Shown one piece after another: positions 1-10,564 of a stretch of DNA of 64,000 nt. The position numbers were made by a program, and so were the translations under genes. The notes beneath the pieces are model-generated. The model had not been told where the DNA came from. It searched no databases and worked only from the letters and a program-made list of their open reading frames with translations. How positions within the stretch are numbered: the stretch's first letter is position 1; every line of letters starts with the position of its first letter. The stretch comes from an uncultured delta proteobacterium (GTDB lineage Bacteria > Desulfobacterota > Binatia > UBA9968), in NCBI GenBank assembly GCA_963840855.1, contig CAWJBB010000069.1, positions 1 to 64,000 of the forward strand, written 5' to 3'.

Positions 1-974
1 TGGCTCGTCGCGCTCTTGCCTCTTACAACATTCGCTCAAGACACGCGGCTGATCGAAGCCGCGAAAAAAGAGGGTACCGTGGCATGGTACACGGGAAGCA
101 ACCTTATCACCATGCGAGCCGTGGCTGACGTTTTCGAGCAAAAATACCCCCCGATCAAGGTGCAGCTCACGCAGAACAATAGCGAGCGCATGGTCAATCG
201 GGTTCGTGCCGAAAGAGACACCGGCAAACTATTTTTCGACGTCTTGAATCTGTCCTTGGCGCCGCTGGTTGTTCCCATGGGAGTTCTGGCGCCTTACGAT
301 TCGCCTGAAAGGAAGGCGTACGGCGCCAAGTTTAAGGATGCCAAGAATTTTTGGACCTCGATGACAAGCAATTATTTTGTCCTTGGGTACCACCTTAGGT
401 TCGTCCCGCGCGCCGACGCGCCGAAAGACTGGCCGGATCTCTTGCAGCCAAAGTGGAAGGGAAAGCTCGGCATCGATCCAGAAGAATACGATTGGCTGGG
501 GGGGATGCGCGAGGGGTTGGGTGAGGAGAAAGCGGCCCGGTTGATGAAAGGGCTGGCACAGCAGGATATCGAGTGGCACAAAGGGCACACACAAGTTCTC
601 AGCTTTTGGTCGCGGGCGAATTTCCCCTCGGTTTGGTCTACGCGCACGCGCTCGAGAACTTGAAGCAAAAAGGCGCTCCACTGGAGTGGGTGCGGACGAC
701 CAAACCGATTGTCGCCTCGACCTCGATGATCGGGGTGTCCGCGCAACCTATGCATCCCAACGCGGCCCGCCTCCTGGTCGATTTGATCCTTTCAAAAGAG
801 GGTCAAAGCGCGATCTTGAAATACGGCTCGGTCCCGGCGCGCCCCGACGTGGCGCCGAAGGATTCGACTCTGAACCCGGCCGGCCTTGATTTGCAGCCGG
901 TCTCGGCCAGCAGTCTGGTCAACTTGAACGAGCAGGCAAAGAAGTTCGAAGAGTTTTTCGGACCTCGGCGCTAG
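1..974 (+). CDS. ABC transporter extracellular solute-binding protein (Fe3+/family 1-like), 5'-truncated by the window, frameshift near 595
   Basis: ORF 16..663 (AAKKEGTVAWY, PKDWPDLLQPKWKGK) continues in another frame as ORF 573..974 (LLVAGEF, HPNAARLLVDLILSKEGQ). The frame is open from position 1. Confidence 0.8.
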
Positions 975-1152
975 GGCAAATCGTGATCGTTGCTCGTGTT
1001 CGTGAGCGCGGAAGAAGCTCAACAGTCCCACTAGCAGACGGAGGTTCTAGGATAAAGGGACTACGCTTCTGACCTTTCCCTAGTCTGCCAGCGCTTCGGT
1101 CAGGCCGGCGAACGAGAGAACTGCGATGACGGCCAAATGCCAATAGAGTTTG

Positions 1153-2759
1153 TCATAGCTGCGTCCCGCTCATGTGGATGCTCGCCAAGCCATCTGAAGC
1201 AGATGGCGGCGGGGCCGCTAACCCGTCGTAACGGTCCTCGGCTCCGTTTAGCGAAGGGTTCTGTTGTCGTTCTGCCTGAACTTTATGGCGCGCCTGTTTG
1301 AGCGCTTCGCGCAGATGCTGCTGCTGCTCGAACCAAAATTGCGAGAACACGTTGCTTATGCGCCGGTCGGCGGCCATTGCCAGCAAATACGCGAAGAGAA
1401 ATCCTACTGCCAAGGGCAACAGCAAAATTGGATTGATGATGGAGATCGCTGCCGAAAGTCCAGCGGCGAATAACACTGCCAGACACGAGAGCAAGTAAAG
1501 ATAATAGGAGCATGGCCCACCGCCATGGCACCACGTACGCGGGTGAGCAGCGATGATTCGTTCCCATGGGCAGCGCGTAGTACCGCCTCGGCGGCTTTTG
1601 CCCTCGTTGCGGCAGAAGCGTTTTTATCGGGATCGCCGGTTTCGGTGATCACCACCGACGCGTTGCGTGGCAGATTGCCGGGCGCATAGTCTTCCGTGCC
1701 ATGTGCGATGCGTTCGAGAACGCTCAAGTGAACGAGCGGGTGCACGCCGTTCTGCCGGCAGATCGCATCGACATCGCGCAGCTTCCAGCGATAGAAAATT
1801 CCTAACCCGGCGCGCGGATCATAGAGCTTGTCGTCGACGTTGGCATGGCTGTGAACATATGCACGGTCGGCTTCGACAAACCGCAAGCCTTCGCCACCAG
1901 CGGGTTTTGCCTCGCGCGCCTTTTGCATCAGCCAGTCGAGTGCCACCAGAGACATCCCCTGTTTGGGATATCCCCCGCCGACGTTCGAATGAGCGCCGGC
2001 GAACCAGATCTGCTCAACTTTTTGATCGGTTGCTTCGGGATGCTTTTCCCACAGCAGCGGATGAAAGCTGTCGCGCTCGTCATCGAGAGAGAGGGCGTGG
2101 TAGGCGTGCTTGATCTGCGGACAGAGTTTTTGATCTGGAAATTTAAAACGATAGATCATGCTGTTGATCAGATCGCCGATGTGAAACGGTAAGCCAACGG
2201 CGTCGACGGTGTCCCAGACGCCGATGAAGTGAACCTCGGGCGCTTGGCGATGGCAATATTTCGCTTGGAATGCTCTGCCGGCGTCTACGGCCGGCTTGCC
2301 TGCGAATAATTCCATTAACACGGTGCGATACATTTTGCGGTAGGTCTTGTAGGCGCAGCGCACCGTGGTTTCGAACTCGGCCGCCGTCAGTTGTTTCTTG
2401 GCTTCAATGATGCCGCAACGCGCAATTAACCCGGCCAATGTGCGCACGGTGAAAGCACCGCGGCTAAAGCCGAACAGATAAATGCGGTCGCCGGGATCGT
2501 AGACACGGCATAGTTCTTTGTAGAGCTGGCGCACGTTGCGGCCGAGACCCCAGCCGGTGGCGCCGGCGAATACTTTTAAGGGTTTGAATCGTTCCGTGCC
2601 GACGCCATCGTCGTAGATAGCGATCTGGGGGTCGAGCTTGGGGTCGAAGCGGTGACCGTTTAAGTCCACCGACTCGAAGATCTTGAAGACATTGGTGCCG
2701 CGGTCTTTTATCGCGGTATTGCCGGTACCGTCCGAGCATATAACGATATTTTTGGCCAC
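1153..2759 (-). CDS. DUF2235 / Tle1-like alpha/beta hydrolase with C-terminal hydrophobic segment, frameshift near 1510
   Basis: KNIVICSDGTGN, GFSRG, VWDTV and WFAGAHSNVGGGY motifs. GTG start at 2759 with AAGGAG upstream. The hydrophobic tail lies in ORF 1153..1494. Confidence 0.8.
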
Positions 2760-3222
2760 AAGGAACTCCTTTTTGAGTGCCGGCTTGAAATAGATCGATT
2801 GATAACGATGCGAAGCCTGCAATCCCTTAACGGACTACAAGATTGCCCATGAGCAATTGCGATGCCGCGGTCCGTATAGTACGAATCGATAGAAAATTTA
2901 AGGTTTTACTGCGCGAGGGATTACGGGTCGGCGCGGTTGAGTGTCAACAGCGTGTTCATGAGTGTGAACGCCGTTACATGATCACGGAAGAAATGGCGGT
3001 GTATCGCAAGGGGTGCGTTCAAAAGGCGAAGGAGGATGCCGCCTTTATCGCAATGGTGCCAGCGATATCGTACGCGCCAGGGGTATGACCCAGTGGGGGT
3101 TCGCTTCACGCCCATGGCTCGTTTCGGTGTAGCTACCATTTCGTCGTCCGCGTTGGGTTGTGGCTCAGGTTAGCGCCAGTATGTTAGCCGTATCTGTCAC
3201 TGAACGTTTGGAGGAGACTTTT

Positions 3223-3634
3223 ATGAAAATCGAAGGCGCGTGCCATTGCGGCTACATCACCTACGTCGCGGAAATCGATCCCGACAAGGTCGGGATATGC
3301 CATTGTACGGATTGCCAAACCCTAACGGGGACCGCCTTTCGCACTAGCGTCGCCGCGGCAAGGGACGCGTTTAGTTTGACGCGGAGGACAACCAAAGATT
3401 TATGTAAAGACGGCCGAAAGCGGGGCCAAGCGCGCCCAAGCGTTCTGTCCCGAGTGCGGCACTCCGATCTATTCGGCAGCCGTAACCGACCCTCAGATAT
3501 TCAATATCCGCGTGGGCACGGCGCGGCAGCGATCCGAGCTACGGCCAAGTTCACAAGGGTGGTGCCGATCCGCGCTCGGCTGGGTTATGGATCTGCATTC
3601 CATAAGACAGTTTTCTAAGTCACGGACCAGTTAG
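3223..3634 (+). CDS. GFA (CENP-V/glutathione-dependent formaldehyde-activating) family Zn protein, frameshift near 3385
   Basis: GACHCG and CHCTDCQ motifs; the shifted frame gives QAFCPECGTPIYS...FSKSRTS*. GGAGGAG RBS. Confidence 0.85.
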
Positions 3635-3726
3635 AGAATTCCGGCGACACGACATAACCGGCCTTGACTGGCCGCGGGAGCTGCGGTCAGGCTTGGACAG
3701 ATTGCACAAACGTAAAATGGCTGGTA

Positions 3727-5494
3727 ATGAGCTCGCTGCGAAATTACATAAGTAATATTTTCAAAGAGGCCTTCGAGCGATGCGGCTTGCCGGGAAATCT
3801 GGGAGATGTCGCCGTTTCCCAACGTCCTGATCTCGGTCAATTTCAGAATAATGGAGCATTGGCTGCCGGGAAAGCAGCTGGAAAGAAACCGTTCGAGTTG
3901 GCTCAGGAGATTGCCCATAGTCTCGATCATACCGAGATCTTTGCCGCGGTCTCGGTAGCCCCTCCCGGATTCATCAACGTCAAAGTATCGGACAGCTTCA
4001 TTGCCTCTTTCATCGATCGCTTATTTGATGACCCTAGGCTCGGTTGTCCCCGCGTCACGTCGCCGCGAAATATTGTCATGGATTTTGGCGGGCCGAATGT
4101 TGCGAAGGCGATGCATGTTGGCCATCTTCGGTCGAGTATTATCGGTGACTCATTGCAGCGTCTTTTCACTTTCATGGGAGACAGTGTCACAAGCGACATC
4201 CATCTGGGCGACTGGGGTTTGCCAATGGGGATGCTCATCGTGGAACTCAAACGACGGCAACCTGATCTTCCGTACTTTGACAAATATCGAGACGGGACTT
4301 TTCCCGACGAGCCGCCAGTGACCATAACAGACTTGGAAGAGCTGTATGTTACCGCCGCGGCCCGCTGCAACGCAGATGCGGACCTTTTTAGGCGAAGCCC
4401 AGAAAGCCACCGTCGAACTGCAACGAGGCCATCCGGGATATCGCGCGCTCTGGCGTCAGTTTGTGGATGTTTCCATCGAGGCTTTGCGCCGTGATTTTGA
4501 CGCGCTGGGTGTATCGTTCAAGCTTTGGCATGGTGAGAGCCGCTATCAAGATCGTATCTGCACGATTATTGAACGACTGGAGCTCACCGGTTATGCCGTC
4601 CGGAGCGAAGGGGCGCTGGTGATTCCGGTCACGGAGGAAGGCGATGACGAACCGATGCCGCCCTTCATGCTGATGAAGGCCGACGGCGGATTTCTTTACG
4701 GCACTACGGATCTTGCCGCGCTTGATGAGCGCGTTCATGACCTGAATGCACACGCCATTTTCTACGTTGTCGACAAGAGGCAAAGTCTGCATTTCCAGCA
4801 ATTGTTTCGCGCGGCTCGAAAAACTGGGCTTGCGGGCAATTGCGAGCTGCAGCACGTTGCTTTCGGCACCATGAACGACCTTGACGGAAAGCCTTTCAAG
4901 ACGCGTTCAGGCGGAGTGATGAAGTTAACGGATCTGATCGCAATGGTAACGGGTGCGGCGTTAAACCGGATGGCGCAAGCCGAGCTGGCCAACTCGGCGT
5001 CGGAAGATGAGCGTCTGGGAATCGCTCGCCGGGTAGGACTCGCCGCCTTGAAGTTCGGTGATCTGATGCACGAGAGGAGTATGGATTACGTATTCGATCT
5101 TGATCGTTTTGCGAGATTCGAAGGGAGAACCGGTCCTTATCTACAATACACGGGCGTGCGGATTCGATCGATATTTCACAAGAGCGGCGGTGACCCCGGG
5201 GCGCGGGGGATGATCCTGCCTCCCCTCGGCTCTGCGGAGCGAGATTTGATGTTAACGTTGAGTGAGTTGCCGGATTCGATGCTCAAGGCATACGAACAGC
5301 GAGCGCCGCATTTCCTATGTGACTTTGCCTTTAGACTAGCGCAGGATTTTAATCGCTTTTACCATCAGTGCCATATTCTCGGCGAGTCCGATCCTGAGCG
5401 CAAAATATCTTGGCTCAAACTCTCGAAGCTCTCGCTAAGGCAACTCGAGCTGCTTACGTCCCTCTTGGGCATCGAGATTCCCGTGGAAATGTAA
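3727..5494 (+). CDS. argS: Arginine--tRNA ligase, frameshift at a T-run near 4388
   Basis: PNVAKAMHVGHLRS (HIGH motif), GDWG, YVVDKRQSLHF, PFKTRSG and GPYLQY, spread over ORFs 3664..4494 and 4346..5494. Confidence 0.92.
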
Positions 5495-5555
5495 GCGCAT
5501 ATCGCGGTCGTGCGAAGACAATCACTTTGATCATGGTTTTTATGGAGGTAGTGTC

Positions 5556-6572
5556 ATGAGGAACAACGGCCGCATCAGTTTATTAGCTGCGGCGATCATC
5601 GCTCTTTTTCTTGATGTTCATGCTCCAACCGCGTTGGCGGCGCAGGCCAAGCCGCTTATAAAAGTCATGGCCGGCTATGGTTCTGCGGACGGCGCCGTCG
5701 CGCCGTTATGGTTTGCCAAGGAAACCAAACTATTTGAAAAGCGCGGCCTCGATGTGGTGCTCGTCGGCATGGGCACCGGATCGGTATCATTGCGCGCCCT
5801 GATCGCCAAAGATCTGGAAATCGCGTCCCTCTCCGGTTCCGGCCTGGTGCAAGCCGCATTGCAAGGGGCCGACACAGTCATTATTTCCGCCGCTATCAAC
5901 GGTTTTATCTTCAAGGTTTTCGGCGCGCCGGAAATTACCAGCCCGGCCCAACTTAAAGGCAAAAAATTAGGCGTCAGCCGCTACGGCGCGACTTCGGATT
6001 TCGCCGTCCGGCTGGCGTTAAAAAAATGGGGACTGAATCCCGACCGCGACGTCAGTATTTTGCAGATCGGCACGTCACAGGACACGGTCCGCGCCATGCA
6101 GACAAAAATGCTCGACGCCGGCCTGCTGAGCGGCACCGCGTCGCTGATCGCGCGCAAAGCGGGATTTCGCGAGCTGGGGGACCTCGCCGACCTGGGGCTA
6201 CATTACCCGATGGCGCCCATCGGCACGACGAAATCTTTTATCCAGAAAAACGAAGGGCTCGTGAAAGAATTCATGCTCGCCTACATCGAAGCGATCCACG
6301 ATTTCAAACGCAACAAAGAAGCCGCGCTGACGGTGTTGAAAAAATACACGCGCAACGATGACCGCGAGGTGCTGGAAGATACCTACACTAGTACCGCAAG
6401 CAAGTATTTAGCTTTGCCGATTCCGACACTCGACGGGATACGCACGATTCTGACGGAACTTTCAAGCACGGTTCCGGCGGCGAAAAACGCCGATCCCGAA
6501 CAGTTCGTCTCGTACAAGGTCGCGCGGGAGATCGAAGCGAGCGGGTTTGTCAAACGGCTCTACGAGAAGTAG
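5556..6572 (+). CDS. ABC transporter substrate-binding protein, SsuA/NMT1/THI5-like
   Basis: Signal peptide; LFEKRGLDV, QLKGKKLGVSRYG and GLNPDRDV motifs; GGAGG RBS. Confidence 0.85.
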   Translation: MRNNGRISLLAAAIIALFLDVHAPTALAAQAKPLIKVMAGYGSADGAVAPLWFAKETKLFEKRGLDVVLVGMGTGSVSLRALIAKDLEIASLSGSGLVQAALQGADTVIISAAINGFIFKVFGAPEITSPAQLKGKKLGVSRYGATSDFAVRLALKKWGLNPDRDVSILQIGTSQDTVRAMQTKMLDAGLLSGTASLIARKAGFRELGDLADLGLHYPMAPIGTTKSFIQKNEGLVKEFMLAYIEAIHDFKRNKEAALTVLKKYTRNDDREVLEDTYTSTASKYLALPIPTLDGIRTILTELSSTVPAAKNADPEQFVSYKVAREIEASGFVKRLYEK

Positions 6573-6691
6573 GGGCGAGAACGCAGGTATTTAACCAGCG
6601 ACGTTTGCACTTGCGAAATCGGAAGAGATTCGGCGTCATGTCCCTTAAGGGCGATAGCGGCATCGGCATAAGTTTCCGTCGTGTCCTGGTT

Positions 6692-7318
6692 TCACTGGCA
6701 AACTCGCCGGAAGGTCAGATTGACCCGCGGGCCACAAGGAAGCTTCTCCTTTTCAATTCCATGTTTCCAACAGTGTTGGGTCTCGCCCTTCATCAATAGC
6801 AGGCTGCCCGAGGCGAGTTGCAAGCGAACACTTTTCAGGTCTCTCCTGGTTTTGTGCTTTAAGATGAAAGTTCGTTCCTCTCCTAGGCTCAACGAGGCGA
6901 TGATCGGCCGGCTTCCAAGTTCCGGCTCATCGTCGCTGTGCAATCCCATGCTGTCTCGGTGGTTGCGATAGTAATTCAGCAGCACGCTATTGAAGTCGGT
7001 AGCAGCAATTTTTTCTATCCTGTTCTTGATGTCTATCAGCGTGGGAGTCCAGGGCAGTGGATGCAGGTGAATGCCGGAGTAAGTGTAATTTGTTCCGTCA
7101 TCACCGTACCACGCAGTCAGACGAGGTTGGGCGTAGGTTTGTCCCCAGACAACGATGTTTTCGGCGCGCCACGGAACTTCATTGATGAGTTGATTCATGA
7201 CAGCTTCGGCGGTTTGAGCAAGAGGAAGTTCCCGCAAATAGTAGACCTCGGCGTCTTGCATGGGGATGCGTTCGAGCGTCGTGTGCCCGCGAAAGAGGTC
7301 ATCGATTAATTTTGACAT
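6692..7318 (-). CDS. AlkB-family 2OG-Fe(II) dioxygenase (ALKBH2/3-like)
   Basis: QPRLTAWYG, LLNYYR, HSDDE, WKHG and RVNLTFR motifs. Confidence 0.9.
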   Translation of the reverse strand: MSKLIDDLFRGHTTLERIPMQDAEVYYLRELPLAQTAEAVMNQLINEVPWRAENIVVWGQTYAQPRLTAWYGDDGTNYTYSGIHLHPLPWTPTLIDIKNRIEKIAATDFNSVLLNYYRNHRDSMGLHSDDEPELGSRPIIASLSLGEERTFILKHKTRRDLKSVRLQLASGSLLLMKGETQHCWKHGIEKEKLPCGPRVNLTFRRVCQ

Positions 7319-7624
7319 GTCACAGCGCCTGCTAACGGAGGCAGCTTTTGAAATTCGATAGCAGACCGCGGTTTTCGGGTTCGCTATTTTTCTGTGGTCC
7401 CTACTCTACCGGTTTTCTTGGCTCCGAACCAGGTACGTGGATTGCGCTCCTTGACCAGTCGGTCTCCCTGGGCTAAGTTCGGTCGTCCATTCTTCATTTC
7501 ACTAATCAAGCACGTGGGGGCTCCGACATGCAGTGTCCACGGTCACATCTTAGACTTTCCGCCGCCTTCGAAAGGCTTAAACAGTCGCCTCGCGGTTTGC
7601 AGGCCAAATCCAGGAGATGAACTC

Positions 7625-8716
7625 ATGAAGATCACTCGGGTCGAAGCAACCTCTCATCGCGTCCCGGCGAAGGTGCCCTTGCTGCACGAGCCGATTATTC
7701 GCGAGATTGTGTTCGTTCGGGTGGAGACGGACGGTGGGGTGACGGGGTACGGTTTGACGGGACCGATTCAGCGGTTTGCGGCGCGAGAGCTCATCAACCG
7801 CGAAATCGCCCCTCTACTCGTCGGCAAAGACCCTCTGGCGACAGAGCGTCACTGGTATGATCTCTTTTACCGGCTCAATCCTCGTGCGCAAACCGGTGCC
7901 TGGTCCTCCGCTGTCAGCGCGGTGGACATCGCCCTCTGGGACATAAAAGGAAAGCACCTCGGCCAGCCGGTATGGAAGCTTCTGGGCGGATACAGTGCCA
8001 CTGTTCCCGCATACATTACATTCGGGTTGCTGGAATACACTCGTGAACAGCTCGTAGAAGCCGCAAAGCACTTTACAGCGCAAGGACATGACAAGCTCAA
8101 GATGGTGGTGGCCATCAACGGCGCGCAAGATCCGGCGGAGGATGCCGCGCGAGTCCGCGCAGTTCGTGAGGCAGTGGGCGACCAGGTGGAGCTTATGGTC
8201 GATGCAAACTACCTCTTTTCGTTTCCCGTCGCGCTGGATCTTGCCAAGCGCATCGAGCCCTACGCCATTAAATGGTTCGAGGAGCCAGTCTATGGAAACG
8301 ACGCGCGGCTCCTAGCGAATCTGCGGCGGCAGACTAAAATCCCCATCTCCGCGGGTCAGAACGAGGGACACAAGTGGCGGCACCGGGAACTGCTGGTCCA
8401 CGAAGCGGTGGACATTCTTCAGCCCAACGTTGTGTACGTGGGAGGTTACACTGAAGGCGTGAAGGTCGCTGCCATGGCGCAGGCCTATAACATACCGATT
8501 GCCAACGGCGGCGGCTGGCCGCACCATAACATGCACTTGATCGCGGCTATGGCCAACGGCTGGCGGGTAGAGTTTCACGTACCGATGTGGGTGACAGGAG
8601 AGATGATCTTCCGCGACCCGCCGAAGCCGTCCCGTGGAACGGTGACGTTGAGCGAGCAGCCTGGCCTTGGGCTGGCACCAAACGAAGAGACGCTCAAAGA
8701 CACGCGGGAGCCGTGA
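7625..8716 (+). CDS. Mandelate racemase/muconate lactonizing enzyme family (enolase superfamily)
   Basis: SAVDIALWDIKGK, KLKM, MVDAN, WFEEP and PGLGL motifs. ATG at 7625 with AGGAG upstream. Confidence 0.9.
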   Translation: MKITRVEATSHRVPAKVPLLHEPIIREIVFVRVETDGGVTGYGLTGPIQRFAARELINREIAPLLVGKDPLATERHWYDLFYRLNPRAQTGAWSSAVSAVDIALWDIKGKHLGQPVWKLLGGYSATVPAYITFGLLEYTREQLVEAAKHFTAQGHDKLKMVVAINGAQDPAEDAARVRAVREAVGDQVELMVDANYLFSFPVALDLAKRIEPYAIKWFEEPVYGNDARLLANLRRQTKIPISAGQNEGHKWRHRELLVHEAVDILQPNVVYVGGYTEGVKVAAMAQAYNIPIANGGGWPHHNMHLIAAMANGWRVEFHVPMWVTGEMIFRDPPKPSRGTVTLSEQPGLGLAPNEETLKDTREP

Positions 8717-8740
8717 CAAAAGTTTCGAAATTTTTATTAC

Positions 8741-8768
8741 CTTGGCGTCCTTTGCGCCCTTGCGCGAG
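8741..8768. repeat. REP-like repeat unit CTTGGCGTCCTTTGCGCCCTTGCGCGAG
   Basis: Related to the units at 9830-10068. Confidence 0.55.
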
Positions 8769-8810
8769 CCTTGTGTTCTTTTTATTTCGGACAAGAAGGA
8801 GGACCATAGT

Positions 8811-9788
8811 ATGTGGACAGCACGCAAAACGATCCTGATGAGTTTTGCCTTAATACTGATCGTGGCTATTCACAGTGGTGTTGCGATTTCCGCCGGCTTC
8901 CCTGAAAAGCCGATTGAGTTCACGGTGCCGTTCGCGGCGGGCGGCGGAAGCGACATTATGGCGCGGACGATGGCTGCGATGATGGAGAAGGAAAAGATTC
9001 TTCCGCAGCCGCTTGTGGTGGTGAACCGGCCAGGCGCGTCGGGCGTTTTAGGGTACATGCACGTGGGGCAGAAAACCGGCGATCCCTACGTGATCACCAC
9101 GGCGACGAACTCTTTCATTATCCAGCCGCTCCTCGGCAAGATGAAGCTAGACTACCGGGAGTACACGCTGATCGCCGGTCTCGCGCTCGACGAGTTTGTC
9201 TTGATCGTTCCCGCGAACTCGCCCCACCGCACGGTACGCGACCTGATCGAGGCTGCGCGGCGGTCGCCGAAGAACGTGAAGGTCGGCGGATCAAGCGCCC
9301 CGAGTATTGACTCCATCATCACTCATCTTGTGGAGAAAGCGACCGGAGTTCAGTTCAACTTTATCGCTTTTAAGAGCGGCGGCGAAGTAATGACGAACCT
9401 GCTCGGGAGTCACATCGATGTCGCCTCGGCAAATCCCGGGGAGGGGCTGACCCAGATACAGGCGAAGAAAGCCAGGGTCCTGGCCGCCGCGAGCGCCAAG
9501 CGGCTCGCCAGCCTGCCGGACGTGCCGACTTTGCGCGAGTCGGGTATCGATGTCGTCGCTACACAATGGCGTGGGGTAGCGTCGCCAAAGGGACTTCCGA
9601 AGGAAGCCGAGGCTGTGCTGGTCTCCGCTTTCAAGCGCCTGTCGGATTCCAAGATCTGGCAGGAAAAGTATCTGATAGAAAACAACCTTACTCCTTATTA
9701 TATGGCGCCGGAGGAGTTTCGGCGCTATCTCGACGACGATACACAAAAGACGCGCCAGACCTTGTCCGAGATGGGTTTGATCAAATAG
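8811..9788 (+). CDS. tctC: Tripartite tricarboxylate transporter substrate-binding protein
   Basis: FPEKPIEFTVPFAAGGGSD, VVNRPGASG, LPDVPTLRESG and WRG motifs; adjacent to tctB/tctA. Confidence 0.9.
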   Translation: MWTARKTILMSFALILIVAIHSGVAISAGFPEKPIEFTVPFAAGGGSDIMARTMAAMMEKEKILPQPLVVVNRPGASGVLGYMHVGQKTGDPYVITTATNSFIIQPLLGKMKLDYREYTLIAGLALDEFVLIVPANSPHRTVRDLIEAARRSPKNVKVGGSSAPSIDSIITHLVEKATGVQFNFIAFKSGGEVMTNLLGSHIDVASANPGEGLTQIQAKKARVLAAASAKRLASLPDVPTLRESGIDVVATQWRGVASPKGLPKEAEAVLVSAFKRLSDSKIWQEKYLIENNLTPYYMAPEEFRRYLDDDTQKTRQTLSEMGLIK

Positions 9789-9829
9789 CAGGCGCGCACT
9801 TAGGTCCGCTATAAGAACAAAACTGTACT

Positions 9830-10068
9830 CGAGCAAAGGCGCAAAGGCCGCCAAGCTCGGACATGAATAAAAAAATTGGGCAGGGTGGGGCCTTTGCGAG
9901 CTTGGCGTCCCTTCGACTAAGCTCAGGACATGCTTGGCGCGATAAAATTCTGAATCGGAAAAGAGTTATCTCGCGCAAAGGCGCCAAGGTTTCGGAGAAA
10001 TGAGTAAAAGTCTTTCATTGCGAGCTTGGCGTCCCTTCGACTTGGCTCAGGACATGCTTGGCGCGAGG
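9830..10068. repeat. Cluster of intergenic REP-like palindromic repeats
   Basis: Two near-identical copies of TTGCGAGCTTGGCGTCCCTTCGACT(AA/TG)GCTCAGGACATGCTTGGCGCGA (~9894 and ~10018), with inverted partners GCAAAGGCGC...CCAAG. Confidence 0.75.
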
Positions 10069-10103
10069 AATAGAATTTACTCTGGATCGGTGAGCGGGGT
10101 GTT

Positions 10104-10553
10104 ATGTCGCCGGTGGTGATTGCGCGACTTGCGGGGTTAGTCGTCACGGGGCTCGGAGTTGCGGCCTGCATTTTCGCTCGCCATCTGCCTGCTCAAACAG
10201 GCTTTGGCCTAGGCCCTGCCTTTCTCCCCTTCTGGACCGGGATTCTGCTCGCCGCGTGTGGGCTGTGGCTCTGTGCCCGCCCGGTTGTGGACGCAGAGGT
10301 CACTTGGCCGAGTGCTCGCGAGTTCGCGCGCGCCGGGTCCGGCTTTGTCCTTCTCGTCTTATATGCGCTTGCGCTGCAGCCGCTGGGCTACCTTTTTAGC
10401 ACCGCGGTTTTCCTTGTCGCCGGGATCTTGCTCCTCGAGCCGCTGCGTCGGGCCCGCGCGCTCGCCGTCGGGATCGCCAGCGCGGCGTTTCTCTTCCTCA
10501 TCTTCCGGGTCTGGCTTCGCATCCCGCTTCCCGGTGGTCTCCTGCCCTGGTAG
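10104..10553 (+). CDS. tctB: Tripartite tricarboxylate transporter small membrane subunit
   Basis: Four hydrophobic segments; GPAFLP, LGY and IPLPGG motifs; lies between tctC and tctA. Confidence 0.85.
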   Translation: MSPVVIARLAGLVVTGLGVAACIFARHLPAQTGFGLGPAFLPFWTGILLAACGLWLCARPVVDAEVTWPSAREFARAGSGFVLLVLYALALQPLGYLFSTAVFLVAGILLLEPLRRARALAVGIASAAFLFLIFRVWLRIPLPGGLLPW

Positions 10554-10564
10554 TCGGTGCCGCT

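Noticed and set aside
2843-3139. Short ORFs between the DUF2235 and GFA genes
   Set aside because: No motif or clear RBS; cannot be supported.
4380-4395. Programmed frameshift in argS
   Set aside because: No canonical slippery heptamer, and similar indels occur throughout the window.
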